Assembly: GCA_018267875.1 (NCBI GenBank)
Contig: JAFDXP010000075.1
Span: 16,566 to 80,565, forward strand
Direction: 5' to 3'
From: Bacteroidota bacterium
GTDB taxonomy: Bacteria; Bacteroidota; Bacteroidia; Chitinophagales; Chitinophagaceae
Length of the DNA: 64,000 nucleotides
Shown one piece after another: positions 7,415 to 17,039 of this stretch. Each line of letters starts with the position of its first letter. Position 1 is the first letter of the stretch. Position numbers and translations under genes: made by a program. Below the pieces are notes generated by a model. That model searched no databases and was not told where the DNA came from. It worked only from the letters and a program-made list of their open reading frames with translations.

Positions 7415-10231
7415 TTAATCTTTTATCTTGATACCAGTTTCTGAATTAGCAGTGGCTTTGGGTGCTTTAGTAAAATTCCATATTAAGGATAGCAGTCCGT
7501 AACGTTTAATGGTATTATAGTTTTGTTCGGTAACATTATTTCCGGTGGCAAATCGTTGAAATCCGATGTTTTGATTCAGGATATCATTGACATAAGCTCT
7601 TAACTCTAATTGATCGTTTTTAGCCAATTTCTTACTGAGGTAAGCATTCCATATCAACACATCATTATTGTTGTCAAACTGGGCTACCCGTTGACGCACA
7701 TACCATCGTATATCTGTTCCGATTTCAAACTTAAGCGGTAGGGTTACGTTACCTTCTAAGCGATTTTCAAATGTCCAATAATTGGTAGGACCTGCATTGA
7801 GATTTGAGGTGTTTTGATTGTAGGTCAAGGTTGGGCGATAGTTAATATTACATACTTTTTCTTTGTCATAATCTACATCAATCGAAAAGGAATAGGAGTT
7901 GTTTTGATTATTGTTGGGCATTCCATTCAGGTAAGATTTCATTTCAGCAATATTTGCACTCAATCCAAATCCTGCGCGCATGTTGAGCTTTTTCAGTTCT
8001 TTTCCGTAGCCTGCATACAACCAACCGGAATAATTCCCGTTTACGTTGTCGTATCGAGAAATAATTTGCCCATTTGGATTAAAGGTTTGAGTTCGCACAA
8101 TTGCATCATTGGTAAAAATGTAGCCGGCACCTGCATAACTATATGTTCCGGATAGAATTTTATAGTCATTATAATTCAATGTGATTCGGTGGTTAAATGC
8201 TTGTTTCAAATCCGGATTTCCAACTGTAAGGCGTGTGGGGTCTGAATTTTGCACATAGGGTTGAATTTGATCAATGGTTGGTTGCTGAGTAGATCCACTG
8301 TAATTAAACCGAGCTGACATTTGTTTTCCGGGTACACTATATCTAAAAGATGCTTGTGGAAAGAAGTTATTATAGCTTCGGTTAAAAGAATAATTTTTCT
8401 TGGCGGTCAGGTTATCCTGTTGAGAAAAATAGGTATTAGACATAGCTCCACCAAAGGAAAAGTTGAATTTCTTAAATACAAAACGAAGGTTGCTTCCGCC
8501 TGTGTTTATCAAATAGTTGAAATCGTAATTGGCACTGGTGCTATCATTAAGCAGATCATATTTTCCATCCATTTTATTTTTGTCGAAGGATAGTCGAGCG
8601 GAGGAATTGTTATTTAATCCTGCTTGATAGTTTATTTCTAAAAACACTGTTTTAGAAAGAGGTTCTGTATAAGTTAATTTGCTTGCTAATTGAAAAGTAG
8701 AGGCGTTTAATAATTTTTGTTGATCAATAATTTGTGTGCTGTCTGGATGCCTAAAATGTGTGGTTGAAAAAAGGTTTCCTGAGCCATTTTGTTCGCGATA
8801 GCCCTCATCTATATTGAACGAAAAAGTACGTCCTTTTTTTCTTAGTCTTTTTTGATATAAAATAGTTACATAGAGGGTTTTACCAGTAATATCATTAGCC
8901 ATGTTTACTGTATTTTCATTGAGGGTATCTGCTATTAAGAAGTTAGTTTTATTACTGTTAGACCCTGTTTTCGTTTCAGAATAACTGCCATTTGCTATTA
9001 CTTTCAGTTTTGATGTTGAATCAATGTTCCATTCATATAGCAGATCAGCACGATTTCTTTGTCCAAAATTGTAGCTGTTTGACCGTTGATCCTGATACAG
9101 TTTTGTGTTGTTGAGAGATGTTTCCGAAAGGGTATTTCCAATGGTTTCAATATTTTGTTTGGCAAACCGGTAGTTGCTACTTAGGTGATGTTTATTTTCT
9201 AGCCATTTATTGGAATAATGAAGTCCTCCTGTCCAGGCAGAAGGCAAACCTTGTCCATTAAAATTTCCATTCCAAGAGGTCAGGTTGTCATCATCACTAT
9301 TATTGATTGAAGAGGCATTGAAACCATCGTCGTTAAACTCCATATTGTTTCCGCCGCCAAATTTATCGCGATCTTCCCAACCAAGCCCCATTTTGCCTGT
9401 ATTGGCAACTATGGCAAAGGCACTTATTTTTCTTTTGCCTTTAAAAGCATTGATCATGCCTTGGTTTTGATAATAACCATCCGTACCTCCACCAGCTTCT
9501 ATCTTTCCAAAATAGCCTTTCTTCATGTTATCTTTTAATTGAAGGTTGATAGTCTTTTCTCGAGAGCCATCATCAATGCCAGTAAACTGAGCTTGATCGC
9601 TTTTTTTATCAAAAACCTGAACTTTTTCTACTGTTTTAGCTTGTAGGCTTCTGGTAACCACAGCCGGATCATCGGTAAAAAACTCTTCCCCATCTACCAT
9701 TATTTTTTGCACTTTTTCACCTTGCGCTGTTACTTGCCCATCTTTGTTGACCTGTATTCCGGGTAGTTTTTTCAGCAACTCTTCTACGGTTGCTCCTTCT
9801 CTGACAGCAAAACTATCTGCCATATATTCTGTTGTATCACCCTTTATTTTTATTGCGCCGTATTGTTGCTTCAATACAAATTCGTTCAGCAAATGGCTTT
9901 TTGAAATCATGGGAATCATTCCAAAATCAGTAATAAGTTGCTTTTCTTTTACTATGACGATATCTACATAATCGGCAAAACCGGGAAATGTTGCCATAAG
10001 TAGGTATTTACCGGGTTTGCGAACACTGATTTGAAATTGTCCATCTTCTTTAGTTCTTGTATAAGATTCTAATATTGAATCTGTCGCTCTAATAATAATT
10101 ACAGATGCAAACTGTAGTCTTCGATTGTTTAACGTATCCGATACATAACCTTTAAGGTTAAAGGTTTGTGCATGAATAGATGAAATAAATACAATAAGGC
10201 AGATTATCGCCAAGTGTATGCGAAGTTTCAT
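7415..10231 (-). CDS. outer-membrane beta-barrel protein with CarboxypepD_reg-like N-domain and TonB-dependent-receptor plug-like region
   Basis: 938 aa. It has a signal peptide and a carboxypeptidase-regulatory-like domain (FNLKGYVSDTLNNRRLQFASVIII...DGQFQISVRKPGKYLLMATFPGF). A plug-like segment follows (GATVEELLKKLPGIQVNKDGQVTAQGEKVQKIMVDGEEFF), then a long Asn/Tyr/Gly-rich barrel. It ends 4 nt before the GLPGLI gene. Confidence 0.85.
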   Translation of the reverse strand: MKLRIHLAIICLIVFISSIHAQTFNLKGYVSDTLNNRRLQFASVIIIRATDSILESYTRTKEDGQFQISVRKPGKYLLMATFPGFADYVDIVIVKEKQLITDFGMIPMISKSHLLNEFVLKQQYGAIKIKGDTTEYMADSFAVREGATVEELLKKLPGIQVNKDGQVTAQGEKVQKIMVDGEEFFTDDPAVVTRSLQAKTVEKVQVFDKKSDQAQFTGIDDGSREKTINLQLKDNMKKGYFGKIEAGGGTDGYYQNQGMINAFKGKRKISAFAIVANTGKMGLGWEDRDKFGGGNNMEFNDDGFNASSINNSDDDNLTSWNGNFNGQGLPSAWTGGLHYSNKWLENKHHLSSNYRFAKQNIETIGNTLSETSLNNTKLYQDQRSNSYNFGQRNRADLLYEWNIDSTSKLKVIANGSYSETKTGSNSNKTNFLIADTLNENTVNMANDITGKTLYVTILYQKRLRKKGRTFSFNIDEGYREQNGSGNLFSTTHFRHPDSTQIIDQQKLLNASTFQLASKLTYTEPLSKTVFLEINYQAGLNNNSSARLSFDKNKMDGKYDLLNDSTSANYDFNYLINTGGSNLRFVFKKFNFSFGGAMSNTYFSQQDNLTAKKNYSFNRSYNNFFPQASFRYSVPGKQMSARFNYSGSTQQPTIDQIQPYVQNSDPTRLTVGNPDLKQAFNHRITLNYNDYKILSGTYSYAGAGYIFTNDAIVRTQTFNPNGQIISRYDNVNGNYSGWLYAGYGKELKKLNMRAGFGLSANIAEMKSYLNGMPNNNQNNSYSFSIDVDYDKEKVCNINYRPTLTYNQNTSNLNAGPTNYWTFENRLEGNVTLPLKFEIGTDIRWYVRQRVAQFDNNNDVLIWNAYLSKKLAKNDQLELRAYVNDILNQNIGFQRFATGNNVTEQNYNTIKRYGLLSLIWNFTKAPKATANSETGIKIKD

Positions 10232-10509
10232 TAGGATATTTTAGTGGTATGAGCGTTTTGGGTACGTTTATTTCATTTATACAACCTGATTTATGGACTA
10301 TATACTAATCATAAAAGACTGTTGGCAACTAACAAATGTTGGCAAATTCCGGTTTGAATAAACAAGATAAGTTGTTAAATTTTTATTTATAGAAAATACT
10401 GCATGAAAATAATATTACATTTTGTCTCTAAATAATTTGCGAAATTCTCCTTCATTATATTTTTTTTGACATATAATCATACAGATCGGAAGCAATCAAG
10501 TGTTAGATT

Positions 10510-11190
10510 TTAGCGAGGGATGGAAAACGTCAGACCAAGCAAGGCATAGAATCCTGAGGCATTGCTACGAGGGCCATCTATGTTAGCGTCTTGAATTTGC
10601 CATTTCTTACCTGCTAATCCTATTCGATATCCGGCTCTGGCAGTAAGCATTAATTGATGCCTTTTAGTGAGTGCAAAATCATAGGAAAGTCGCGGATTGA
10701 TATACCATAGGTATTGGTTGGTATAACGCTTTTCGGTAGCAGGAAATACTAAAGATTGATTGAAGTTATTTGCGATAGATGGATATTCTAATTTCAGTTC
10801 GTTCATTGACCAACCAAACCCTAATGAAGGATAAAATTGATGCCGATCTTTATTCACAACAGTATAGTTTATGTTGACATCAAAATAGGTTTGCGTAAAT
10901 CGTAAATCAACTGCATGGTAAGAAGATTTAGTTCTGGCAGAAGCAAACGATAAATCTACAAACAGAGGATCAGTATCGCTATTGAGAAGAACAGTAAAAG
11001 AAGGGATAGCCGCATTAGTAGAGATATTGGGTAATCCTGCTGAGGTTAGAGCAGTATTTGTTTCATCAACTTTCAATGTTGAAATACCGCCCATAATTGA
11101 GATGCCACTAAAAAGTCCAAAGGAGCGTGTTTGGGCGATAGATAAGGTTGTAAGACAAGTCAGACAAAGCGTTGAGAGTAAAAATTTCAT
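10510..11190 (-). CDS. hypothetical outer-membrane beta-barrel protein
   Basis: I start the ORF at MKFLLSTLCLTCLTTLSIAQ, a signal peptide. The longer track start at 11232 would overlap the neighbouring terminator. The sequence has an alternating beta-strand pattern and an aromatic-rich C-terminal end (GFYALLGLTFSIPR). Confidence 0.5.
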   Translation of the reverse strand: MKFLLSTLCLTCLTTLSIAQTRSFGLFSGISIMGGISTLKVDETNTALTSAGLPNISTNAAIPSFTVLLNSDTDPLFVDLSFASARTKSSYHAVDLRFTQTYFDVNINYTVVNKDRHQFYPSLGFGWSMNELKLEYPSIANNFNQSLVFPATEKRYTNQYLWYINPRLSYDFALTKRHQLMLTARAGYRIGLAGKKWQIQDANIDGPRSNASGFYALLGLTFSIPR

Positions 11191-11215
11191 TTGGGCGATT
11201 TTATTCAAAATTCCA

Positions 11216-11259
11216 TAAAAAAAAGCGACCAAAAAATTATTTTACAATTTTTGGTCGCT
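11216..11259 (-). terminator. rho-independent terminator of the 1505-aa cargo gene
   Basis: 12-bp perfect stem, AGCGACCAAAAA (11224-11235) / TTTTTGGTCGCT (11248-11259). On the minus strand it is followed by a U8 run (plus-strand A8 at 11217-11224). Confidence 0.65.
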
Positions 11260-11281
11260 CTGAAAAAACATGTTCACTAAA

Positions 11282-14200
11282 TCACTTCACAACTAACTTG
11301 CGAATTTGACGTTCGTTGTCTGCATTGAGTTCTACCATATATATACCCTGAGCTAAATGGGCAATATTGAAGTTTTCACTAAACTTGGTACCTGGCTTAC
11401 TGATGTTGCGTTTCATCAACTGTTGACCAGTAATATTGGTAACGGTAATAGTAGCTTTTTCGACAGCTTTTTTCGTTTCGAAGCTAACAGTAAAGTTTCC
11501 TTCTGTTGGGTTTGGATATACATATAAGTCTGCAATATTTCCAATATTTTTCACACTGGTTGGCCAGTACGGATTAGACTTATCATGGAACATTACTATA
11601 TAATCCTCTGTTTCTCCAGATGTGTAAGGTCCACAAGCACTATCTGAAGGAGCATTAGGTCCGGTATTATTATTCAAAATTAGGCGCATACCGGTCAACA
11701 CTCCGGGGATGGCATAATGTGGAATAGTGATACTATCAATGATTGTAAAATAAGTCGCAGTGGTAAAACCCGTCCAAATATGTTCATTGTAAACCGTATT
11801 GGAAATATCATACTTCAAGTTATTGTTCAAATCCATAAACAATGTGACCTTTGCATCACCATGAAATCCTGTACGAAGTGTATGAAATACCATTATTTGA
11901 TAGGTGCTATCGAGCCATAAATGTAGCGTATCCAATTTAGTATAATCCGTACGTGAATTAATAGCCAATGGGTTTAATAAATGTGGGCCTTGAGCCGGTA
12001 TATTGATTCCACGTCCAGAAGAACCCGTAATAGAAAACCCGCCTATATCACTTGTATCATTATTACCACCATTTGCTAAGCTGTAGCAATAGCAAGAGAT
12101 AGGAGAATTCATACTTACCAGCAACACATTTGAATAAGTCGTATCTCCAGTCATTGTACAAACCATTCTTACTCTATACCAAGTAGCTGCAGTAACCAAA
12201 TGGTTTGCCGTATCTCGGTTTTGTGTTCCTGCAATATCAGCCCAACTATTGCTATCTGGACTATACTGCCATATATATTGCAATCCATAGCGCAAAACAT
12301 CGTGCGTTGTATCCATGAGAGTCACGGTATATCCGGCACAAACAGAACTGTCGCTTGCACTAACTGTTCCAGCATTGGCAGGTCCGGTACAAGGGTGATT
12401 ACGTATTTCCACCAAATAATCTTCCGTTTCTCCTGAACCAAAGTTTCCACAAGGAAGTGTGTTACCATTTATTCCTTGTTCCATGGTAATTCGCATTCCC
12501 GTAATGCCTGTCATAGTCGAAGGTGGAATTATAAATACTGTATCAGCTACTTGTGGAGGAAGCGAGGTGTTAATGGAATTTTTCACCATAAAACGTTCAT
12601 TGGCATCAAAAGCACCATTTTGGTTTGTATCAATCCAAACGCTTACTGTAGTTCCAGGCGCAACAAAGTTTCCGGAATTTATTTGTGTTATTGTTAAGGC
12701 ATAAGTAGAGTCATGATAAAGCGGTGTAGGTTGCAATGTTGATGGTGGATTGCGGAAGTTGCTATAAGTTTGATTGGCACCCGGATTGTTATTTTGCGGG
12801 TTGGCAGATCCATTATTCAAGACATTGATGCCAACAGGCATTCTTCTGATACGCACATTACCAATATTAGCTCCTCCAATTGTTGAGGCTCCTGAAGTGC
12901 AATAGCAATAGTAAAAATTAGCCGCATATATTCGACGTGCTGCAGTATCTGCTTGATTAGAATAATTACACTTTACAATTGCACGAAAATACATGTGTTG
13001 TGATATTGAAGTGTTTATCCAAGTATTGTTGCCGCTTCCAGCAACAGTAGTCCAATTGATACTATCAACAGAATTTTGCCACGTGATTGTTAATCCACCG
13101 GTATTACTTACCCCCAACAAATTAAGTGTAAATCCAGTTCCAGCACATGGGTTGGCAAATGAAATGTTACCGGCTGTCGGCTTACTTGTACAAGGTGGTG
13201 TAACCGTTACACTGTCTATACCTATATCTGATTGTCCGCCAAGATCACCCGATCCTTGAAAACGAACTACACAAGTAGCCGTGTTACAAGGCGATTGGAC
13301 TATATATTGAGTCCAGCCATTATTCAGTGTAAATCCTCCAATTTTTGTAAAGTTTGCACCGGCATCGCTCGATGAAAACACTTCAAGTGAATCATTACCT
13401 GTTGTATTTATATAATAAAACTTGACTTCTTTATTGCCTGGCACACTTAAGCCGTTATATAATAAATCAAGCGTTCCTTTTTGATTCATTTGACTACCCG
13501 CCGAATGAAAACGAGCCGAATAGTTGTTTCCTGATCCGGTAGCAGGTCCGGCTGTAGGAGAATAGGCACCGATGGCTGTACTCATTGGCCAAATAGATGC
13601 TATTCCTTGGTCATTTCTTCTCCATGAATTATTGCTGGTAAATGGATTTACAGCCCAATTTACGGTTCCATTAGAAGAAAGTGGTGCATCATTGGAAGAG
13701 CAACGACTTGTCCAATTTTCAAAGCTTTGACGATATGGAATGCTTGCATATACTGGTTTGGGGCTGCTCATAGTAACTACTAAACTATCAGAATAAACAA
13801 CCGTTCCTGTAGCACCACATTTCACAGCTAATCTATACCAAACCGTATCATAAATAGGCGGAGTTCTGAAAAACAATCCATTAGAACCATAACCACCATT
13901 AACAGGAACCCAGTTTACGGCATTCGTATTTTGCTGCCATTGATAAACTAAATTTCCTGCCATAGTTCCTCCTAAGGTTGTTAGCATTAAGCTTTGACCA
14001 GCACATACCGCTACTGTATTTCCCGGAACTGGAGAGGCAATATTTGCAATACCATTTCCTGTTACTTTCAACCTACCTGCAGTTGGAGCACCGGAACAAG
14101 GTGCAGCAATAAAAACACTATCTATACCAATGTCAGAGTTATCAGTTGCATATTTTGTGCCTTGGAAGCGGATTATAGTTTGTGCTGAATTACTGACAAT

Positions 14201-15799
14201 TGGAATCATTCGTTTAGTAAACCACTGTGCTGTATCAAAAGTGCCTAACAAACTCCACGTACTGCCCGCATTGGTGGACATCCATACTTTCAATGTATCA
14301 TTGACATTAAAATTAGGTGCTGTATTTAAAGGGTTGGTAGTAGTACCACCTTGATTTATATAATAAAAATAAAGTGCTTTATTTCCAGTAACAGAAGCAT
14401 TACTCATGTCCATATACAAATCCATATTACTGGATAACCCGGGGAGAAAGGTAGGCGATGCAGAGTGTAGTCTGGCACTACGGCGTGAACCACCTGGAAA
14501 CTGAACGCCATAAGGGTAAGTAACTAAATTGGCAGAGAAGGCACCTGTATTGGCATTTGTCCATCCAGAATTGGTAGGCGTTGTGAGAAAAGTTGGTGTA
14601 GCCATGTTTCCCGTTGTATCAATTCTCCAAGTATTATATCCAGAGGAAGGCGTTGTTGACCAATTGTTCAATATTCCACCATCATTCGGCATATTATTAG
14701 CAAGTGGAGAGGCTAAACAAGCACTGGTTTTCCAAGCATTGTCAAAGCTCATTAAATACCCAGAAGCTGCTAAAGGGGTATAATCAGGCGAAACGTTGAC
14801 TTGAATGGTATTGTTGCTAATAGCCCAAAGGCTGCTGGCAACACAAGTATCAATTACTCTAAAAGTTGCACTTTGAACACCATTGTAAACATAAGCCGGC
14901 CCATTGGCTCCGGCAATATTTACCCAACTACTACCTGTATTCATTTGCCATTGATAACGATGTCCGGTATCTACTGCGGCCGAGGTGGCACCCATATAAG
15001 CAGAAAAACCCGGGCAAAGTGTAAGTGATGCCGCCAAAGGAGCTGGTCCGGCTGTTTGGGGGCCTAATTCTATACCACCTACTATATCTGTATTGGGTGT
15101 ACCTGAACAGTTGCCGCGCCGAATAACTTGAATTTCTCTGAAATCAGGACCTTGAGTGCCGGATTGTGCACCGGATATTCTAACCTTATCTTGGCTTGCG
15201 GTAGGATTAATCGGAATTCGTCCACCGGCATTTAAGTGATTGTGTGTTAAGCAACCCACAATTTCGATAGAATCAGCAACCTGAAAGGAAAGATCCGTAT
15301 AAAATTTACTAACAATTCCATGATAACGGATCGCCACTGTATCCCAAGTGCCTAACACACCATCATAGTGCATGATGACACAATTAGTCATTGGTCGAGA
15401 GTTTTTGTAAAACACTATTTTATCTATTCCGCCACCTGCTGAAACTGCAGCCGCAAAAGGCCAAGTAACATCAATATATCCCATATTCGGAATGAAGGTG
15501 AAACAATCATTTGGTCCATAGTTTGAAGCTGCCGGATTCGGGCTGTTTAAACATTGTGCTATATACGGCGGAATGATGCCATTGTTGTAATGATATTCAC
15601 CATAGTTGTAGGCCCAAGTTGTAGGCCCAAGTTGTGGTCCACCAGTACCTACTACACCTGTTCCTCCGTGTGTAAAAACGCCACCATTTGCGGATAATCC
15701 CCAGTTTGTTTGAGCCTGCGCGTGACCCCGTCCAAGACACATCAATGTCAGAACAAACACAGCCGACAAGAGCATTTTTGGCGTAAACGTATTTTTCAT
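11282..15799 (-). CDS. large secreted multidomain protein with two GEVED domains, MAM-like modules and a T9SS type A C-terminal sorting domain
   Basis: 1505 aa with a signal peptide.
- Four YQWQ-type Ig-like modules: HRYQWQ, LVYQWQQ, LTITWQN, LQYIWQY.
- Two MAM-like segments, each ending DIGIDSV.
- Two GEVED motifs: SGETEDYLVEI and SGETEDYIVMF.
- A C-terminal 81-aa sorting domain (LYVYPNPTEGNFTVSF...GIYMVELNADNERQIRKLVVK, nt 11285-11527). Confidence 0.85.
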   Translation of the reverse strand: MKNTFTPKMLLSAVFVLTLMCLGRGHAQAQTNWGLSANGGVFTHGGTGVVGTGGPQLGPTTWAYNYGEYHYNNGIIPPYIAQCLNSPNPAASNYGPNDCFTFIPNMGYIDVTWPFAAAVSAGGGIDKIVFYKNSRPMTNCVIMHYDGVLGTWDTVAIRYHGIVSKFYTDLSFQVADSIEIVGCLTHNHLNAGGRIPINPTASQDKVRISGAQSGTQGPDFREIQVIRRGNCSGTPNTDIVGGIELGPQTAGPAPLAASLTLCPGFSAYMGATSAAVDTGHRYQWQMNTGSSWVNIAGANGPAYVYNGVQSATFRVIDTCVASSLWAISNNTIQVNVSPDYTPLAASGYLMSFDNAWKTSACLASPLANNMPNDGGILNNWSTTPSSGYNTWRIDTTGNMATPTFLTTPTNSGWTNANTGAFSANLVTYPYGVQFPGGSRRSARLHSASPTFLPGLSSNMDLYMDMSNASVTGNKALYFYYINQGGTTTNPLNTAPNFNVNDTLKVWMSTNAGSTWSLLGTFDTAQWFTKRMIPIVSNSAQTIIRFQGTKYATDNSDIGIDSVFIAAPCSGAPTAGRLKVTGNGIANIASPVPGNTVAVCAGQSLMLTTLGGTMAGNLVYQWQQNTNAVNWVPVNGGYGSNGLFFRTPPIYDTVWYRLAVKCGATGTVVYSDSLVVTMSSPKPVYASIPYRQSFENWTSRCSSNDAPLSSNGTVNWAVNPFTSNNSWRRNDQGIASIWPMSTAIGAYSPTAGPATGSGNNYSARFHSAGSQMNQKGTLDLLYNGLSVPGNKEVKFYYINTTGNDSLEVFSSSDAGANFTKIGGFTLNNGWTQYIVQSPCNTATCVVRFQGSGDLGGQSDIGIDSVTVTPPCTSKPTAGNISFANPCAGTGFTLNLLGVSNTGGLTITWQNSVDSINWTTVAGSGNNTWINTSISQHMYFRAIVKCNYSNQADTAARRIYAANFYYCYCTSGASTIGGANIGNVRIRRMPVGINVLNNGSANPQNNNPGANQTYSNFRNPPSTLQPTPLYHDSTYALTITQINSGNFVAPGTTVSVWIDTNQNGAFDANERFMVKNSINTSLPPQVADTVFIIPPSTMTGITGMRITMEQGINGNTLPCGNFGSGETEDYLVEIRNHPCTGPANAGTVSASDSSVCAGYTVTLMDTTHDVLRYGLQYIWQYSPDSNSWADIAGTQNRDTANHLVTAATWYRVRMVCTMTGDTTYSNVLLVSMNSPISCYCYSLANGGNNDTSDIGGFSITGSSGRGINIPAQGPHLLNPLAINSRTDYTKLDTLHLWLDSTYQIMVFHTLRTGFHGDAKVTLFMDLNNNLKYDISNTVYNEHIWTGFTTATYFTIIDSITIPHYAIPGVLTGMRLILNNNTGPNAPSDSACGPYTSGETEDYIVMFHDKSNPYWPTSVKNIGNIADLYVYPNPTEGNFTVSFETKKAVEKATITVTNITGQQLMKRNISKPGTKFSENFNIAHLAQGIYMVELNADNERQIRKLVVK
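15604..15635 (-). repeat. perfect 13-nt tandem duplication (2 copies plus 6 nt of a third) inside the 5' coding region of the 1505-aa gene
   Basis: On the plus strand, AGTTGTAGGCCCA occurs at 15604-15616 and again at 15617-15629, followed by AGTTGT. On the coding strand this encodes PQLGPTTWAYN. The unit length is not a multiple of 3. Confidence 0.9.
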
Positions 15800-15845
15800 A
15801 ATTTTCGCTTTATTCCGAACTCAAAATTTTAACTAAATAAAGACA

Positions 15846-15867
15846 CAACTTTCTACTCAGAAAGTTG
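15846..15867 (-). terminator. stem-loop downstream of the GT2 gene (candidate terminator)
   Basis: CAACTTTCT / AGAAAGTTG forms a 9-bp perfect stem with a 4-nt loop. The downstream minus-strand sequence is moderately U-rich (TGTCTTTATTT). Confidence 0.4.
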
Positions 15868-15956
15868 GGCTATAAATATAGTAACTTTCATGGCACGCAA
15901 AGAATATCTAAAGAAAATTTTTAGTACTGCCAATTCATTTACTGCCAATTCTATCT

Positions 15957-16907
15957 TTAATCAACAAGATCTGTTTGATCTATCACATATAAAGGGCGAT
16001 CACGGACATTATTTATGATTCGGCTGATATACTCGCCAATCATCCCCAAACAAAGCAATTGAACCCCTCCTATAAAAGTGATGCTGACAATTGTAGATGC
16101 CCACCCCGGTAAAACTTGGTTATGATCAAAAATGAAGACATAAAGGGCATACATCAAGATTAAAAATGAAAGTCCACAAACTATAAAACCAAAACCGGTT
16201 GCTAATTTCAAGGGAGAGTCAGAAAAAGCTGTAATGCCATTAAATGCCAATCGAAGCATTTTCTTAAAGGGATAATTGGTCTTACCAAACTTTCGTTCAT
16301 CGCGCTCAAACATCACATACGTGCTTTTGAATCCAAGCCATGCAATTTGCCCACGAATGTATTTATCGTATTCCTTCATCTGGCGTAAATAATCTAACAC
16401 ATCCCTTGTAATCAATCTAAAATCTCCAACATCAAGTGGAATTTCAAAGGAGACTAATCTTGCCATTAAACGATAAAATACTTTTGCAGTAGCTAATTTA
16501 AAGAGGCTTTCGCCCTTCCGTTTTGAACGTTTTGCATAGACTACCTTGAATCCGTTTTGGTATTCATGATACATGTCAACAATCAGCTCGGGTGGGTCTT
16601 GCAAATCCCCATCAATTGTTACTATGGCTGCACCTTTAGCTCGATCCATGCCGGCTGTTATGGCTATTTGGTGTCCAAAATTTCGAGAAAAGCTGATAAA
16701 ATGTGTTCGCTCATCTTTTTCACATACCGACTTCAATTTCATTAGTGAAGTGTCGCGACTTCCATCATTTACAAAAATAATTTCAAATTGCTCAGTTACT
16801 TTGACAGCAGCTTCTACCAAACGCTTATGCAATTCGTCAATGATTAGTTCTTCATTGAAAACCGGCACTACGATGGATAATTCTATTTCAGGAGTTGGCG
16901 CATTCAT
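15957..16907 (-). CDS. family 2 glycosyltransferase, polyprenyl-phosphate sugar transferase type (ArnC/GtrB/DPM1-like)
   Basis: Motifs are LSIVVPVFNEE, FVNDGSRD and the TIDGDLQDPP DxD motif, with two C-terminal TM helices. The track start at 16949 is TTG, so I use the ATG at 16907. Confidence 0.85.
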   Translation of the reverse strand: MNAPTPEIELSIVVPVFNEELIIDELHKRLVEAAVKVTEQFEIIFVNDGSRDTSLMKLKSVCEKDERTHFISFSRNFGHQIAITAGMDRAKGAAIVTIDGDLQDPPELIVDMYHEYQNGFKVVYAKRSKRKGESLFKLATAKVFYRLMARLVSFEIPLDVGDFRLITRDVLDYLRQMKEYDKYIRGQIAWLGFKSTYVMFERDERKFGKTNYPFKKMLRLAFNGITAFSDSPLKLATGFGFIVCGLSFLILMYALYVFIFDHNQVLPGWASTIVSITFIGGVQLLCLGMIGEYISRIINNVRDRPLYVIDQTDLVD

Positions 16908-17039
16908 GTCAACAAATTGGTTTGCAAAACAAACAAATTTATGGTGCAAGAAAGAAGGTTTTTAGTACCCCGACGAATAGCGTTGTAATTTTCAACGAAT
17001 AGTCATCCAAATTCTCTAATGGCAAGCTTCTAATTCTGA

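Noticed and set aside
10232-10509. Possible cobalamin or other riboswitch upstream of the TonB-receptor-like barrel gene
   Set aside because: There is no B12-box (GCCACTG) or other recognisable aptamer core on the minus strand. The region is AT-rich, with only a short TGTTGGCAA direct repeat.
16573-16965. 130-aa plus-strand ORF, and similar antisense ORFs inside the transketolase, barrel-protein, cargo, helicase and gcvT genes
   Set aside because: All are embedded antisense in genes with strong motif support, and none has recognisable motifs of its own.
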